Virus record (IMG/VR): IMGVR_UViG_3300044723_001431
Location: 1-45,810 of that record
Reading direction: 5' to 3' (one strand)
DNA: 45,810 nucleotides
Origin: a virus
Lineage: Duplodnaviria; Caudoviricetes
In this document: positions 27,160-37,940 of the stretch, piece after piece
How the letters are laid out: each line of letters opens with the position of its first letter
Position numbering within the stretch: the first letter of the stretch is position 1
Position numbers and translations under genes: made by a program
The notes under the pieces: model-generated
The model's input: only the letters and a program-made list of their open reading frames with translations
What the model was told of the DNA's origin: nothing
The model's database searches: none

Positions 27160-27464
27160 TGGCTGAAGAGGTAAAAAAAATAAAACCAAAAAGTAATGGT
27201 TTTGAATATAAATTATTAAATCACGCAGACAAATTGGGTCTGTTATTAGAAGCAATGCTTGATTATGAAACAGTATTGTTTAATCACAATATTAATATGT
27301 TAGACGAAAATCATTCAGATTATGCTGCATGGAAAGCTACTAAAGATGAAATAGAAGCTGAGATAATGAGACTAAGATTTTTGTATGAAAAATTAGGAGG
27401 TAGTTGGGATAACTTTCAAGATATAGGAATTGAAAGATATGACGAATATGGCGAACCTATCTAA
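27159..27464 (+). CDS. Hypothetical helical protein
   Basis: TAATG-coupled at both ends. Confidence 0.65.
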   Translation: MAEEVKKIKPKSNGFEYKLLNHADKLGLLLEAMLDYETVLFNHNINMLDENHSDYAAWKATKDEIEAEIMRLRFLYEKLGGSWDNFQDIGIERYDEYGEPI

Positions 27465-28597
27465 TGGCCCAAGTAACACATTCTGATTTAACACTGGAGA
27501 TGGCGACTGACCCATCTTATACATATACATTTGAAGGATATCAAGCAAGTAATTACATAGTAAGTATTGAATCTCTTAATGACATTCTTTATTTAGACGG
27601 TAAATCTATATTTTCTGATGGTGCTTTATCAATAGGTACAACTAATAGCAATCCTATATATTTAGGTGCTGATTCTACTGAATACTTAAAAATAGAAACA
27701 GACGGAAAGATTAATTTTCTTTCCGGCAAGATGTCTATAAATGGAGATACAGGAACTGTTGGTCAATTCTTACAAACTGATGGTAATGGTAATATTTCAT
27801 GGGCAACTATGGATTACACCCAGAATGCTTTTAGTAATATAGCAGTATCTGGAGAAGTCACAGTAACAGCAGATAATACAGAAGATACATTAACTCTTGT
27901 AGCTGGTTCTGGTATAGATATATCAACCTCTGGTAATAATATAACAATTGCTAGTGACAGTACAGCACATAATACATTTAAGTATATGGATGTTATTGCT
28001 GGTGCAGGTCAAGCTAGTGGTAGTACTATTGAAGCCGACAATCAAAACGATACTCTTACTTTTGTAGCTGGTCAAGGAATAGACTTAGATTTTAATACAC
28101 AAAATGACAGAATAACCATATCGTCTGTACAAGTAGGTGAATCAAACCAGAATGCTTTGTCTAACATTACAGTATCCGGACAAAGTACAATTTCATCTAG
28201 TTCTCAAACAGATAGTATTGAATTAGCTACTTCTACAGATAGAAACAAGCTAGAAATAACTACAGATACATCATCTAACACTGTAAATCTAAAAGCTGTC
28301 TTACCAAGAACTTTAAGTATGAGTGGTAGAATACCAACAAGGCTAAGTGACGGTACACTATCTGGAATGCCTGTTAAAAACCACTTTGTCAACCGTACAG
28401 TATCTGGTGCAGAGGTAAGTGGTGGCGGAACATCAGTAGGTTTTAGTACTCGAGCTGTTGTTTGTAATGAAGCAGACGGAACTAAACATAAAATAACAAT
28501 GCCTGCTTCAAATGATAATAGTCTTTTACTTAGTTTAAGAAAACCAGACGACTCCTTACAAGAGTTTGAAATAGACATGGCAGAGAGTAATTTATAA
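27464..28597 (+). CDS. Virion fibre/structural protein
   Basis: Repeats of NAFSNI.V...ADN..DTLT(L/F)VAG.GI, plus GQFLQTDGNGNISW. Confidence 0.7.
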   Translation: MAQVTHSDLTLEMATDPSYTYTFEGYQASNYIVSIESLNDILYLDGKSIFSDGALSIGTTNSNPIYLGADSTEYLKIETDGKINFLSGKMSINGDTGTVGQFLQTDGNGNISWATMDYTQNAFSNIAVSGEVTVTADNTEDTLTLVAGSGIDISTSGNNITIASDSTAHNTFKYMDVIAGAGQASGSTIEADNQNDTLTFVAGQGIDLDFNTQNDRITISSVQVGESNQNALSNITVSGQSTISSSSQTDSIELATSTDRNKLEITTDTSSNTVNLKAVLPRTLSMSGRIPTRLSDGTLSGMPVKNHFVNRTVSGAEVSGGGTSVGFSTRAVVCNEADGTKHKITMPASNDNSLLLSLRKPDDSLQEFEIDMAESNL

Positions 28598-31500
28598 ATG
28601 GCAGTTAAAAGTCCAATTAGGTATGTGTTCGATGGCGATGGTAATATTGTCGAATTTTCCGAGTTTCAAGCAGCAGATTTTATTGCAATATCTGACGGTG
28701 GTACTGGGGCTACAACAGCTTTAGGTGCTGCACAAGCTTTAGGTTTAGAAATAGGTGTAGATGTTCAAGCCTATGATATAAACTTAGACCAATTAGCTGC
28801 TTTAAGCCCAACAGACTCAAACTTCATTGTTGGTAATGGTTCAGAGTGGGTTGTTGAATCTGGCTCTACAGTAAGAGATTCTTTAGGTTTAGGAACATCT
28901 GATGATGTTCAATTCAACACAATACTTACATCAAATTTAACAGTTAGTGGTCCTTCTATAGCATTAGAGGGAGCTACTGATGACGCTTTTGAAACTACTT
29001 TATTAGTTACAGACCCAACTGCCGATAGAACAATTACTTTTCCAGACGCAACCGGAACTGTAGTACTAGATAGCCTTGCACAAACTTTAACAAACAAAAC
29101 TATTGACTATGACGATAACACTATACAAGATTTTGAGTTAGGTGCATTTAAAGCCTCTGTCATTGTTACAGAAGCAGAAGGTATTGGCTCTAACGATAGT
29201 GATACACAAATTGCAACTACCGCTGCAATTATTGACTATGTAGGAGCACAACTTACACTTGAAGATTTAGACTTCGCAGGTGATACTGGAACTGGTGCAG
29301 TAGATTTAGATAGTCAATCACTTACTATTGCTGGTACTACAAACGAAATAGAAACTAGCGCTAGTGGTCAGACTTTGACAATTGGTTTACCAGATGATGT
29401 CACCATAACAAACAACTTAACAGTAGATGGAACTTTTTATTCAGATGATATAACTGCTGCTTCTATTAGTGCTACTGGTGATGTAACTATCACAGGAAAC
29501 TTAACAGTTCAAGGTAGTACTACATCAGTAGAATCTAATACAGTAACTATCGGCGACGCAATACTAGAACTTAACGCAGATGAAACTGGAGCACCTAGTG
29601 CTAATGCTGGTTTAGAAGTAAATAGAGGAACAAGCACAAATGTAGATTTACTATGGGACGAAGCTAATGATAGATGGACTGTAGGAGCTTACGACTTTGT
29701 AGCCGCTAACTTTATCGGAGATTTGACAGGAACAGCTGATGTAGCTGACGCTTTGTCTTCTGCGGTAACGGTAGAGATTACAGGAGATGTAACTGGTTCT
29801 GCAACATTTACAAATGCTGGAGATACTGCAAGTATTACAGCAACTATTGCAGCTGATAGTGTTGCTTTAGGAACTGATACAACCGGTAACTATGTAGAAG
29901 ATATTACTGCTGGAGATGGTCTTGCAACTACAGGTACAGCGAGCGAAGGTCAAACACCAACTCTTTCTGTAAATGTAGATGATAGCTCTATAGAAATAGA
30001 TACAGATATATTACAAGTTAAAGCTCTTGGTGTTACAAATGCTATGCTTGCTGGTTCTATAACAAATGCAAAGTTAGTAAACAGCGATATCACATTTACA
30101 GATGGAACTACTCCTAGCGACATAGCTCTTGGCGATACAGTAACATTTACAGGTGGTACTGGTGTAACAATAACTAATACTGCCGGAAACTTTGATTTTA
30201 GTTTTGACATAGCAGAAGTAAAAGCTGATATAGATGAATACGCACAAGACGCACTTTATGACGCATTTACAGCTGGAACTCAAACAAGAATAACAGTTGC
30301 TTATGATGATAATGGAAACTCAATTAGCTACACAGTTGAAGATGATTTATCTCTTTATGACAACACTACTTCTGCTTTCATAACTGCAAGTAGTACAGAT
30401 ACACTTACAAACAAAACTTTTGATGCTAATGGTACTGGTAATAGTATATCTAATATTGAAGTAGCAGATTTAGCTGCCTCTGCTGTAGTAACAGAATCCG
30501 AAGGCATAGGTTCAAATGATAATGATACAACTATACCTACATCTGCTGCTGTTGTAGATTATGTAGCTGCTCAAATTACTTTAGAAGATTTAGATATAGC
30601 TGGTGATACTGGAACTGGTTCAATTGACCTAGATTCTCAAACATTAACAATAGCTGGTGGAACTGGACTTGATACTACTGTATCTGGTCAAACAGTAACA
30701 GTAGATATTGATAGTACTGTAGTTACATTAACTGGAACTCAAACTTTAAGTAACAAAACTCTTGAAGCTACAACTATAGCTGGACATCTGATACCCGACA
30801 CAGATGTTACCTATGACTTAGGTTCTAGTTCTAATAAATTTAGAGATTTATACTTAAGTGGTTCTTCTATTTACTTAGACACAAACCAAGTTAATCTTAA
30901 CTCTGGAAACTTTGAGTTTACTGATGGTTCAAATGTTATAACAATGCCTATCGCTTCTACTGACACTTTGGTCGCTAGAGATACATCAGATACAGTAACT
31001 AACAAAACTGTAGTTGATACAGACAACACAATGGTTAAAACTATTGTTGTAGATGTACATAACAGTAAATTTAGATTTGATGGACACGAAGATTCAGTAT
31101 TAAACCTTGAATCTAATAAAACTTATAGATTTGATTTATCACACTCATCTCTTTCTACAGATAACTTTGGATTTTCAGAAACAGAAGATGGTATTCATAC
31201 AGTAGTTAGCTCTACTTTTGTAACAGATGAGTTTGACCCATCACAAATTATTTCAGACACAATTACATTTACAGCTGCTCATGGTCTAACAACTGGAGAT
31301 GAGATTCAGTATGACCAAAATGCTGACTTTGAAATTGACGGTTTAACAAGTGGGACTGACTATTATGCAATAGTAGTAAGTACTACTGAAATACAAGTTG
31401 CAGCTTCTGCCTCAGACGCAAGTGCTGGAACACAAATAAGTATTGCAAATGGTAGTGCTACAACTAACCAATTATTTAGAACATATACCTACACCTATGG

Positions 31501-34084
31501 TAGTGAATATACAACTGGATTAACAACTGTAGGTACACAAGGTCAAGCAGGGGCTTATAAAGAAATAGAGTTTCATACTAATACACCTACTCTTTTCCCA
31601 TTCTCTACAGCAAATTCATCTATAGGTGGTAATGCAAAAGGTAGAGCAGAAGCTACTGGTCGTTATGTCTCTGTAGATAGTGCAGACAGTTTAGAAAATA
31701 AAACAATTGACCTAGAAGCTAATACAATAAAGATTACTTATGCTGTAACTGTTGCAGTTGGTTCTGATGGAAACAATAAATATTTCATAGATGGAGAAGA
31801 AACTGCTTCATTAGCACTTGTATCTGGATTTAGATATATCTTTGACTTATCAGATTCTTCTACTGCTACACACCCATTTAGACTTAATGACGAAAAAGAT
31901 GGTACAGGAACTGACTTAACAGCAGGTGTTACTTATTCTGGGACACAAGGAACTTCCGGAGCATACGCTCAGATAGATGTCAACTCTACTACACCAGACT
32001 TAGTTTTCTACTACTGCACAGCACACTCCGGTATGGGTGGTAACTCAGTATTTACTGTTGCTGGTTCAGACTTATCTACACAAACAACTGATGATTTGAC
32101 ACAAGGTACTTCAAATCTTTATTATTCAGATACTTATGTAAATAACCACTTACAAGGTGGAACTGGAATAACATATTCTAATGGAACTATAAGTGTTGAT
32201 TCATCAATGATTACAAACCAAACTGCATTTTCTGGAACTGTAGATACTGCACAAGACTTAGTCTTGATGTGGGATAATTCAGCTTCAGATTTAAGAAAAA
32301 CAACAATAGCAGATATTTTAGCTAACGCTGGTGCTGGAAGTATGTCCAGCTTTACATTTACTGATGGAACATTAAGTACACCTATAACTGATGGAGATAC
32401 TGTAACTGTCAATGGTACTACAAACGAAATAGAAGTTGCTGTTGGAACAGATAGTATAACAATTGGTTTACCAGATGAAATATATGCAGACTTACATGGT
32501 GCAACTCATACTATAGGTAAAAATGAATCTGGTGGTACATTAGCAGTTGGAACACCAGTTTATATTTCTGGACAATCTGGTCAAGGAACAGAGTTTACTG
32601 TAGATGTAGCAGACGCAGATGGTTCTGGAACAATGCCAGCAATTGGTATTATGACAGCTGCTTCTAACAACAACTCTGAAGCAGACATTATTACATACGG
32701 TAAGTTTATAGGATTAGATACTTCATCATTCTCAGTAGGAGATGAGTTATATGTTGGAACTGGTGGAACACTTGTAAACACTCCTCCAACTGGAGAAAGT
32801 GCTTCACTTCAAAAGATAGCAAAAGTTATTAGAGTTCATGCTTCTAGTGGAGAAATTTATGTTATGGGTGCTGGTAGAAGTAATGCAGTTCCTAACTTAA
32901 ATGATGGAAATATCTTTATAGGTAATGCTTCTAACCAATCTACTACAGCTTCATTAGATACTAAAATTTCAGACTATTTAGGAGCTGGTGGAGATATCAC
33001 AATTGGTGGTAACTTAATAGTTCAAGGTACAACTACAACAATAGATTCTACAAGTATTAATGTACAAAATGCTTTTGTCTTTGAGGGTACAACAGATGAC
33101 GCATTTGAAACTACATTAACAGTTGTAGACCCTACTGCTGATAGAACAATTAGCCTTCCAGATAATGATGGAACAGTATTACTAGATTTACCTTCAATAG
33201 TCTCTGGAAGAACAGTACATAGCGGAACTCTTGATACAACAAATGATACTGTTTTACTTTATGACGCTTCTATAACAGCGCTAAGACAAATATCTATATC
33301 AGCATTGTTAGCTTCTGCTGGTTCTGGAAATATGTCAAGTTTCTTAGTCGCAGCAGATAGTGGTACATCAGAGTCTGTAACTGACGGACAAACATTAACT
33401 ATTACAGGTGGAACAGGAATAGATACAACTGTATCTGCTTCTGATACTGTAACTATAGATATAGATAGTACAGTTATTACAACTAGTTCTTCTGTTAATG
33501 ATTTATCTGATGTAAATGCTTCTGGTGCTCAAAATGAACAAGTATTACAATACAATTCTAGTGCTGGAGAATGGCAACCAGCTTATGTATCTGGTGGTGG
33601 CGGCGGAGGAACACCAGACGCTATTCAACTTATAAACTTTTTAGGTATAGAAGAATACATACCAGTAACTAACTCTGAACTTCAATTTACTGAAACTGAC
33701 GGTACAACAGATACTTCTGACCCATTACCAATTACAGGTTCTGTATTAGATTTTCAAGAAACAACAGATGGTGTTACATTTACAGATGATGATATTCAGT
33801 TATCTGTATCAAGAGAAACATTCCAAGTTATATCTAACGAAGAAGGAACTACATCAGTATCTACTACTGAAACAACAGATACTGTAAGTATTTTTACAAA
33901 TGGTAAGAAGAGATTGGTTGTAGATGAGTTAGGTGTTGCTATAGGTGAAGATGGTATGGGTTATAGAAATAATGATACATACGATGAATCACAAACAGTT
34001 CCCGTAAGTCAAAACATGATGATGGTTGGACCAATAACATTTGGTGGAACTATAACTGTCCAAGGAAGATTGGTGGTAGTATAA
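28598..34084 (+). CDS. Very large (1828 aa) fibre/virion structural protein with internal repeats
   Basis: T/D/G-rich, with many LTNKT spacers, duplicated blocks and a YYCTAHSGMG motif. Confidence 0.75.
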   Translation: MAVKSPIRYVFDGDGNIVEFSEFQAADFIAISDGGTGATTALGAAQALGLEIGVDVQAYDINLDQLAALSPTDSNFIVGNGSEWVVESGSTVRDSLGLGTSDDVQFNTILTSNLTVSGPSIALEGATDDAFETTLLVTDPTADRTITFPDATGTVVLDSLAQTLTNKTIDYDDNTIQDFELGAFKASVIVTEAEGIGSNDSDTQIATTAAIIDYVGAQLTLEDLDFAGDTGTGAVDLDSQSLTIAGTTNEIETSASGQTLTIGLPDDVTITNNLTVDGTFYSDDITAASISATGDVTITGNLTVQGSTTSVESNTVTIGDAILELNADETGAPSANAGLEVNRGTSTNVDLLWDEANDRWTVGAYDFVAANFIGDLTGTADVADALSSAVTVEITGDVTGSATFTNAGDTASITATIAADSVALGTDTTGNYVEDITAGDGLATTGTASEGQTPTLSVNVDDSSIEIDTDILQVKALGVTNAMLAGSITNAKLVNSDITFTDGTTPSDIALGDTVTFTGGTGVTITNTAGNFDFSFDIAEVKADIDEYAQDALYDAFTAGTQTRITVAYDDNGNSISYTVEDDLSLYDNTTSAFITASSTDTLTNKTFDANGTGNSISNIEVADLAASAVVTESEGIGSNDNDTTIPTSAAVVDYVAAQITLEDLDIAGDTGTGSIDLDSQTLTIAGGTGLDTTVSGQTVTVDIDSTVVTLTGTQTLSNKTLEATTIAGHLIPDTDVTYDLGSSSNKFRDLYLSGSSIYLDTNQVNLNSGNFEFTDGSNVITMPIASTDTLVARDTSDTVTNKTVVDTDNTMVKTIVVDVHNSKFRFDGHEDSVLNLESNKTYRFDLSHSSLSTDNFGFSETEDGIHTVVSSTFVTDEFDPSQIISDTITFTAAHGLTTGDEIQYDQNADFEIDGLTSGTDYYAIVVSTTEIQVAASASDASAGTQISIANGSATTNQLFRTYTYTYGSEYTTGLTTVGTQGQAGAYKEIEFHTNTPTLFPFSTANSSIGGNAKGRAEATGRYVSVDSADSLENKTIDLEANTIKITYAVTVAVGSDGNNKYFIDGEETASLALVSGFRYIFDLSDSSTATHPFRLNDEKDGTGTDLTAGVTYSGTQGTSGAYAQIDVNSTTPDLVFYYCTAHSGMGGNSVFTVAGSDLSTQTTDDLTQGTSNLYYSDTYVNNHLQGGTGITYSNGTISVDSSMITNQTAFSGTVDTAQDLVLMWDNSASDLRKTTIADILANAGAGSMSSFTFTDGTLSTPITDGDTVTVNGTTNEIEVAVGTDSITIGLPDEIYADLHGATHTIGKNESGGTLAVGTPVYISGQSGQGTEFTVDVADADGSGTMPAIGIMTAASNNNSEADIITYGKFIGLDTSSFSVGDELYVGTGGTLVNTPPTGESASLQKIAKVIRVHASSGEIYVMGAGRSNAVPNLNDGNIFIGNASNQSTTASLDTKISDYLGAGGDITIGGNLIVQGTTTTIDSTSINVQNAFVFEGTTDDAFETTLTVVDPTADRTISLPDNDGTVLLDLPSIVSGRTVHSGTLDTTNDTVLLYDASITALRQISISALLASAGSGNMSSFLVAADSGTSESVTDGQTLTITGGTGIDTTVSASDTVTIDIDSTVITTSSSVNDLSDVNASGAQNEQVLQYNSSAGEWQPAYVSGGGGGGTPDAIQLINFLGIEEYIPVTNSELQFTETDGTTDTSDPLPITGSVLDFQETTDGVTFTDDDIQLSVSRETFQVISNEEGTTSVSTTETTDTVSIFTNGKKRLVVDELGVAIGEDGMGYRNNDTYDESQTVPVSQNMMMVGPITFGGTITVQGRLVVV
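28967..33165 (+). repeat. Internal protein-level duplications within the 1828-aa gene
   Basis: EG.TDDAFETTL.V.DPTADRTI..PD at about 28967 and 33083. AS..VTE.EGIGSND.DT...DYV.AQ.TLEDLD.AGDTGTG..DLDSQ at about 29153 and 30476. Confidence 0.8.
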
Positions 34085-34088
34085 ACTT

Positions 34089-35813
34089 ATGTCAAGAATA
34101 GAAGTTAATGAAATAGCTAAAACACCTACAGGTACAGAGGTTACTTTAGATTCTAAACTTGTTTTAGATGACACAATTCAATTAAAGAATTATACAACTT
34201 CTCAAGTTTCTGCTATTTTAAATCCATCAGATGGACAGATGGTTTTTAATTCTGAAAGCGGTACTGTTCAAGTTTATAGAGAAATAACATCTTTATGGAC
34301 AGATGTTGGTGGTACAGAACATACACAATCGTTTAATACAATTATTGCAACAGGTCAACCTAATATAACTACAACAGAGCAAAACGATACTCTTACATTT
34401 GTCGCTGGTAACGATATAACTCTTACATTTAACAGCGCTAATCAATCTATACAAATAGACCATGACGGATTAGATACTTCTGCTGTAGCACAAAATATTG
34501 TTGCAGACGCTGATAGTACAAGAGATTTAGGAACAACAGATACTAGATGGGCTAATGTCTATCTTGATAGAATTTATATAGGTAATATGGATATACAATC
34601 TATTAACCTTGGTGTAAACTCTGACAAGCTAGTCGTATCTGACCAAGTAGAAGTATCTGGAATTATTGAATCATCTAATACAGGTGGAACAGGTATTCCT
34701 GTAGAAGGCGGTTTGAATCCAGACTCAATTAAAACAGATAGTTTATCTGAAAAAACATCAGCTGCAAATATAGATTTAGAAAATAATTTAGTATTGGCTA
34801 GCGGTGTAACAATAGACTTTACTGCCGGTTCTGCTACAGGACTATCGGGTGGTGGTGGCGGAACAAACATGAACTTACTCATGAATGGTGCTTTTCAAGT
34901 TTGGCAATACGGAACAGCCGGAACACAAACAAGTAACGGAAGACCTCAAAGTGCAGATAGATGGGTTACTACTACTAATGTATCTGCTATTACACAAGCT
35001 ACTTTTGCACAAGGTCAAACAGATGTTCCTAACAATCCAGAATATTATGCTAGGTGGAACAGTTCTAGCACTGGTACTTGCATTATGGAGCAAAGAATAG
35101 AGGGTGTACATACAGCTCAAGCACAAAATGTAACTTATAGTTTTTGGGCAAGAACAGCCTCTGGAACTAAAACATTAGATGTTCAATTTACACAACAATT
35201 TGGTGTAGCTGGTGGATTTTCTCCTGCTGTAACAACAGCTGGTAGTTCGCACAGTATCGATACTACATGGACACAATATAGTGGAACTGTATCAATTCCT
35301 AGTACTTCTGGTAAGTCACTAGGTACTGCTTCTAATCAAGCTATTCACGATTGTCTAAAATTTCAATTTAAACACAGTGGTTCTTCTTTTGATATTTACT
35401 TAGCAAATATAAAAGTAGAAAATGGTGGTAGTGTAACTGCTTTTGAAATACCTCATTACAACGAAGAACTTACAAAGTGTGCAAGATTTTTTCAAAAAGT
35501 AGGTGCTGGGACAAGTGCAATTATTGGTTGGGGTGGTGGTTCTCGTAATAATGTTTTTGACGGAATACTTCCATATAAACTAGGACCTATGTATAGATTT
35601 CCTACAAAAATACACTCTGGACAGTATCGTTTTGTTAGAGGTATTTATAATGAATATGGAAACTACTTGAACCATAACTTTAATTCACATAAAGACGATG
35701 TAGGTTGGGGTTGTTGGAATGTAGATATTGGTAATAACTTAACAAGCTATTTTGTGACTATTGCAGGTGGTAATAGCAGCATGAGATGGTATTGGGACGC
35801 GGAGATACAATAA
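34089..35813 (+). CDS. Tail fibre/receptor-binding protein with a carbohydrate-binding-like C-terminal region
   Basis: NLLMNGAFQVWQ.G, ADRW, VTYSFWAR and TAFE....EELTKCARFFQ pattern of phage fibre tips. Confidence 0.75.
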   Translation: MSRIEVNEIAKTPTGTEVTLDSKLVLDDTIQLKNYTTSQVSAILNPSDGQMVFNSESGTVQVYREITSLWTDVGGTEHTQSFNTIIATGQPNITTTEQNDTLTFVAGNDITLTFNSANQSIQIDHDGLDTSAVAQNIVADADSTRDLGTTDTRWANVYLDRIYIGNMDIQSINLGVNSDKLVVSDQVEVSGIIESSNTGGTGIPVEGGLNPDSIKTDSLSEKTSAANIDLENNLVLASGVTIDFTAGSATGLSGGGGGTNMNLLMNGAFQVWQYGTAGTQTSNGRPQSADRWVTTTNVSAITQATFAQGQTDVPNNPEYYARWNSSSTGTCIMEQRIEGVHTAQAQNVTYSFWARTASGTKTLDVQFTQQFGVAGGFSPAVTTAGSSHSIDTTWTQYSGTVSIPSTSGKSLGTASNQAIHDCLKFQFKHSGSSFDIYLANIKVENGGSVTAFEIPHYNEELTKCARFFQKVGAGTSAIIGWGGGSRNNVFDGILPYKLGPMYRFPTKIHSGQYRFVRGIYNEYGNYLNHNFNSHKDDVGWGCWNVDIGNNLTSYFVTIAGGNSSMRWYWDAEIQ

Positions 35814-36049
35814 TGGAAGCAGCAGAAGATAGACAAATATTAGAGAACATAGATTATATTGAAAAATGTTGGGGACCTAGCGGAGATTTAGAGCTAATTA
35901 ATATTTGGTTTATAGATGATATAGATAATATATCTTGCAATCCAGATTACGAGAACACTGAAGGAGACTATTGGTGTGATATGGTAAGTAATTGGATAGC
36001 AATAGAAGGTAATGATTTTACAGAAATAAGGTATCCAACAGATGAGTAA
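35813..36049 (+). CDS. Small acidic fibre-associated protein
   Basis: ATG 35813 via TAATG overlap. N..Y...W.A.EGN pattern. Confidence 0.6.
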   Translation: MEAAEDRQILENIDYIEKCWGPSGDLELINIWFIDDIDNISCNPDYENTEGDYWCDMVSNWIAIEGNDFTEIRYPTDE

Positions 36050-37262
36050 GATAACAGTTGACCAAATAGAAACTACTGGTGGCAGTAAGTTAATTATTAA
36101 TGATGGTATATCATTCAATATACCTGTAAGAATAAAAAACTATACTACTGCGCAAGTTAATGCACTTACCGGTATGGAAATTGGTGACTTAGTTTACGAT
36201 ACAGATGTAGAGCTACTCAAAATATATAGTGGTACAGATTGGTTAGAAGTTGCAGGTGCTCCTAACGAATTTGATGTCATTAATGAAAGTACATTAGCTA
36301 CTGGTGTAACTACTGACGGTGTATTACATAAAGACGGAGAAGTTTACACCGATAATATATACGAACAAAACTTAAATGCAGGTGTAACTATTGATGGTAC
36401 TTTGATTAAAGATATTGGAATTGAAACTAACACGATTAACGAAGCTACTGCAAATCAAGGTGTAACAATAGAGGGCTCTGTTCTAAAAGACGGAGGTATA
36501 ACTGTAGCAGGAGATATACTACCAGATACAGATTCAACACATGACTTAGGTAGTACTACTTACAAGTTTCAAGATTTACACTTAGCTGGTTCAACAATCT
36601 ATTTAGGTGCAAGAACAATAACTGCTGATTCTAATGATTTGAAAGTAGATGGCGGTATAAAAGCTGATAGCATATCTGAATTTACTGCTGCTGGTGGAAT
36701 AACTATTCCTTCTGATATAACATTTACAGGTGAACTAGATATGACCAGTGCTACTGGTGTAGGATTTCCTACTGGTAAAGTAGGTAACTGGGAATACTCT
36801 TTCTCTGATACTGAACAAACATTTGCAGTTCCTTATACTGAAACAGGTATAGAAATTACCCCACTTACAACTACAATAGTTCCTACACAGGGTAACTCTA
36901 ATATAATGATTATATTGACACTATATGGAGAAGCACAGGCCCACGATATGATGGGATATTTTAGTAGGACTGTATCGGGCTCTCCGGAAGTTGCATTGAA
37001 ACCTACAGCTATCACAGGACAAAGAGGTTCTTTTATGGTTGGTAACTATCCAGATGGTGATTATTCCAGTACACCTTATCAAACAAATTATACTTATATT
37101 GATAGTCCTGCAACCACTAGTTCAACTGTTTATAAACTTTATTTAGCAAGAACTGGTAATAGTACTGTTAACTTTAGATTTAATGGAACGATAAATACAA
37201 GTACAGCTTTAAACTATGAAAAAGGTCATTCAACAGTAACATTATTGGAGCTATTAGCATGA
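36042..37262 (+). CDS. Tail fibre/receptor-binding protein
   Basis: MSKITVDQI N-terminus. C-terminal IDSPATTS..VYKL...STVTLLEL. Confidence 0.75.
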   Translation: MSKITVDQIETTGGSKLIINDGISFNIPVRIKNYTTAQVNALTGMEIGDLVYDTDVELLKIYSGTDWLEVAGAPNEFDVINESTLATGVTTDGVLHKDGEVYTDNIYEQNLNAGVTIDGTLIKDIGIETNTINEATANQGVTIEGSVLKDGGITVAGDILPDTDSTHDLGSTTYKFQDLHLAGSTIYLGARTITADSNDLKVDGGIKADSISEFTAAGGITIPSDITFTGELDMTSATGVGFPTGKVGNWEYSFSDTEQTFAVPYTETGIEITPLTTTIVPTQGNSNIMIILTLYGEAQAHDMMGYFSRTVSGSPEVALKPTAITGQRGSFMVGNYPDGDYSSTPYQTNYTYIDSPATTSSTVYKLYLARTGNSTVNFRFNGTINTSTALNYEKGHSTVTLLELLA

Positions 37263-37606
37263 ACAGTCTAAATGACTTTTGGATATCAGAGGCGATATTA
37301 TCTTTATCTCCAAATTCATTATTTGTAGTTTCTGGTGCAACAGAAGACGATATTAGCTGGAGTAATGATGTTGAACACCCATCTTGGGAAGACATAGAAG
37401 CTAAAGCACAAGAGTTATTAGATAATTATTTAGCTAAAGAATATCAAAGAGATAGAAAAAGCGAATACCCATTAATTAGAGAACAATTAGATAAGTTATT
37501 TCATGACATTGAAAATGGAACACTTGATACTACAGGAGAGTTTTACAACGCTATAAAAGCAATTAAAGATAATAATCCTCAACCAGAAGAAGGTGAAGCC
37601 TCGTGA
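37259..37606 (+). CDS. Fibre-associated chaperone-like protein (XkdW-like region)
   Basis: AI.SL.P and EYQRDRKSEYP.I.EQLDKLFHDI...IKAIKD..P motifs. ATGA overlap. Confidence 0.7.
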   Translation: MNSLNDFWISEAILSLSPNSLFVVSGATEDDISWSNDVEHPSWEDIEAKAQELLDNYLAKEYQRDRKSEYPLIREQLDKLFHDIENGTLDTTGEFYNAIKAIKDNNPQPEEGEAS

Positions 37607-37633
37607 TATATAAAATTGTAAACGAATTATTCG

Positions 37634-37642
37634 TGGTAAAAT
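37634..37642 (+). promoter_or_regulatory. Extended -10 promoter TGg-TAAAAT
   Basis: Lies in a 73-nt intergenic gap, with a GGAG RBS downstream. Confidence 0.45.
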
Positions 37643-37679
37643 TTAATCAATCCCTATTACTTTTGATGGAGAGTAACTA

Positions 37680-37940
37680 ATGAGTACTATAAGAGTAACA
37701 AACATTGAATCATTAGACGCTTCTAATGACCCAGTTGTATTTAACTCTGATATACAAATGAACTCTGCGTTAACAATCTTGAATAAAACACAAGCAGAAA
37801 TTGACGCTATATCAAGTCCATCAAGGGGACAACTAATTTTTAATACAGATAAAGGCATTATGACCCAGTACAACGGAACTAAGTGGATAAAATACAACGC
37901 TAGTAAATTAAATGTAGGATTGTGGGTGGCTCTTGGCTAG
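37680..37940 (+). CDS. Small fibre adaptor-like protein
   Basis: MSTIRVTNI start, GQLIFNTD...YNGTKW, C-terminal WVALG. Confidence 0.7.
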   Translation: MSTIRVTNIESLDASNDPVVFNSDIQMNSALTILNKTQAEIDAISSPSRGQLIFNTDKGIMTQYNGTKWIKYNASKLNVGLWVALG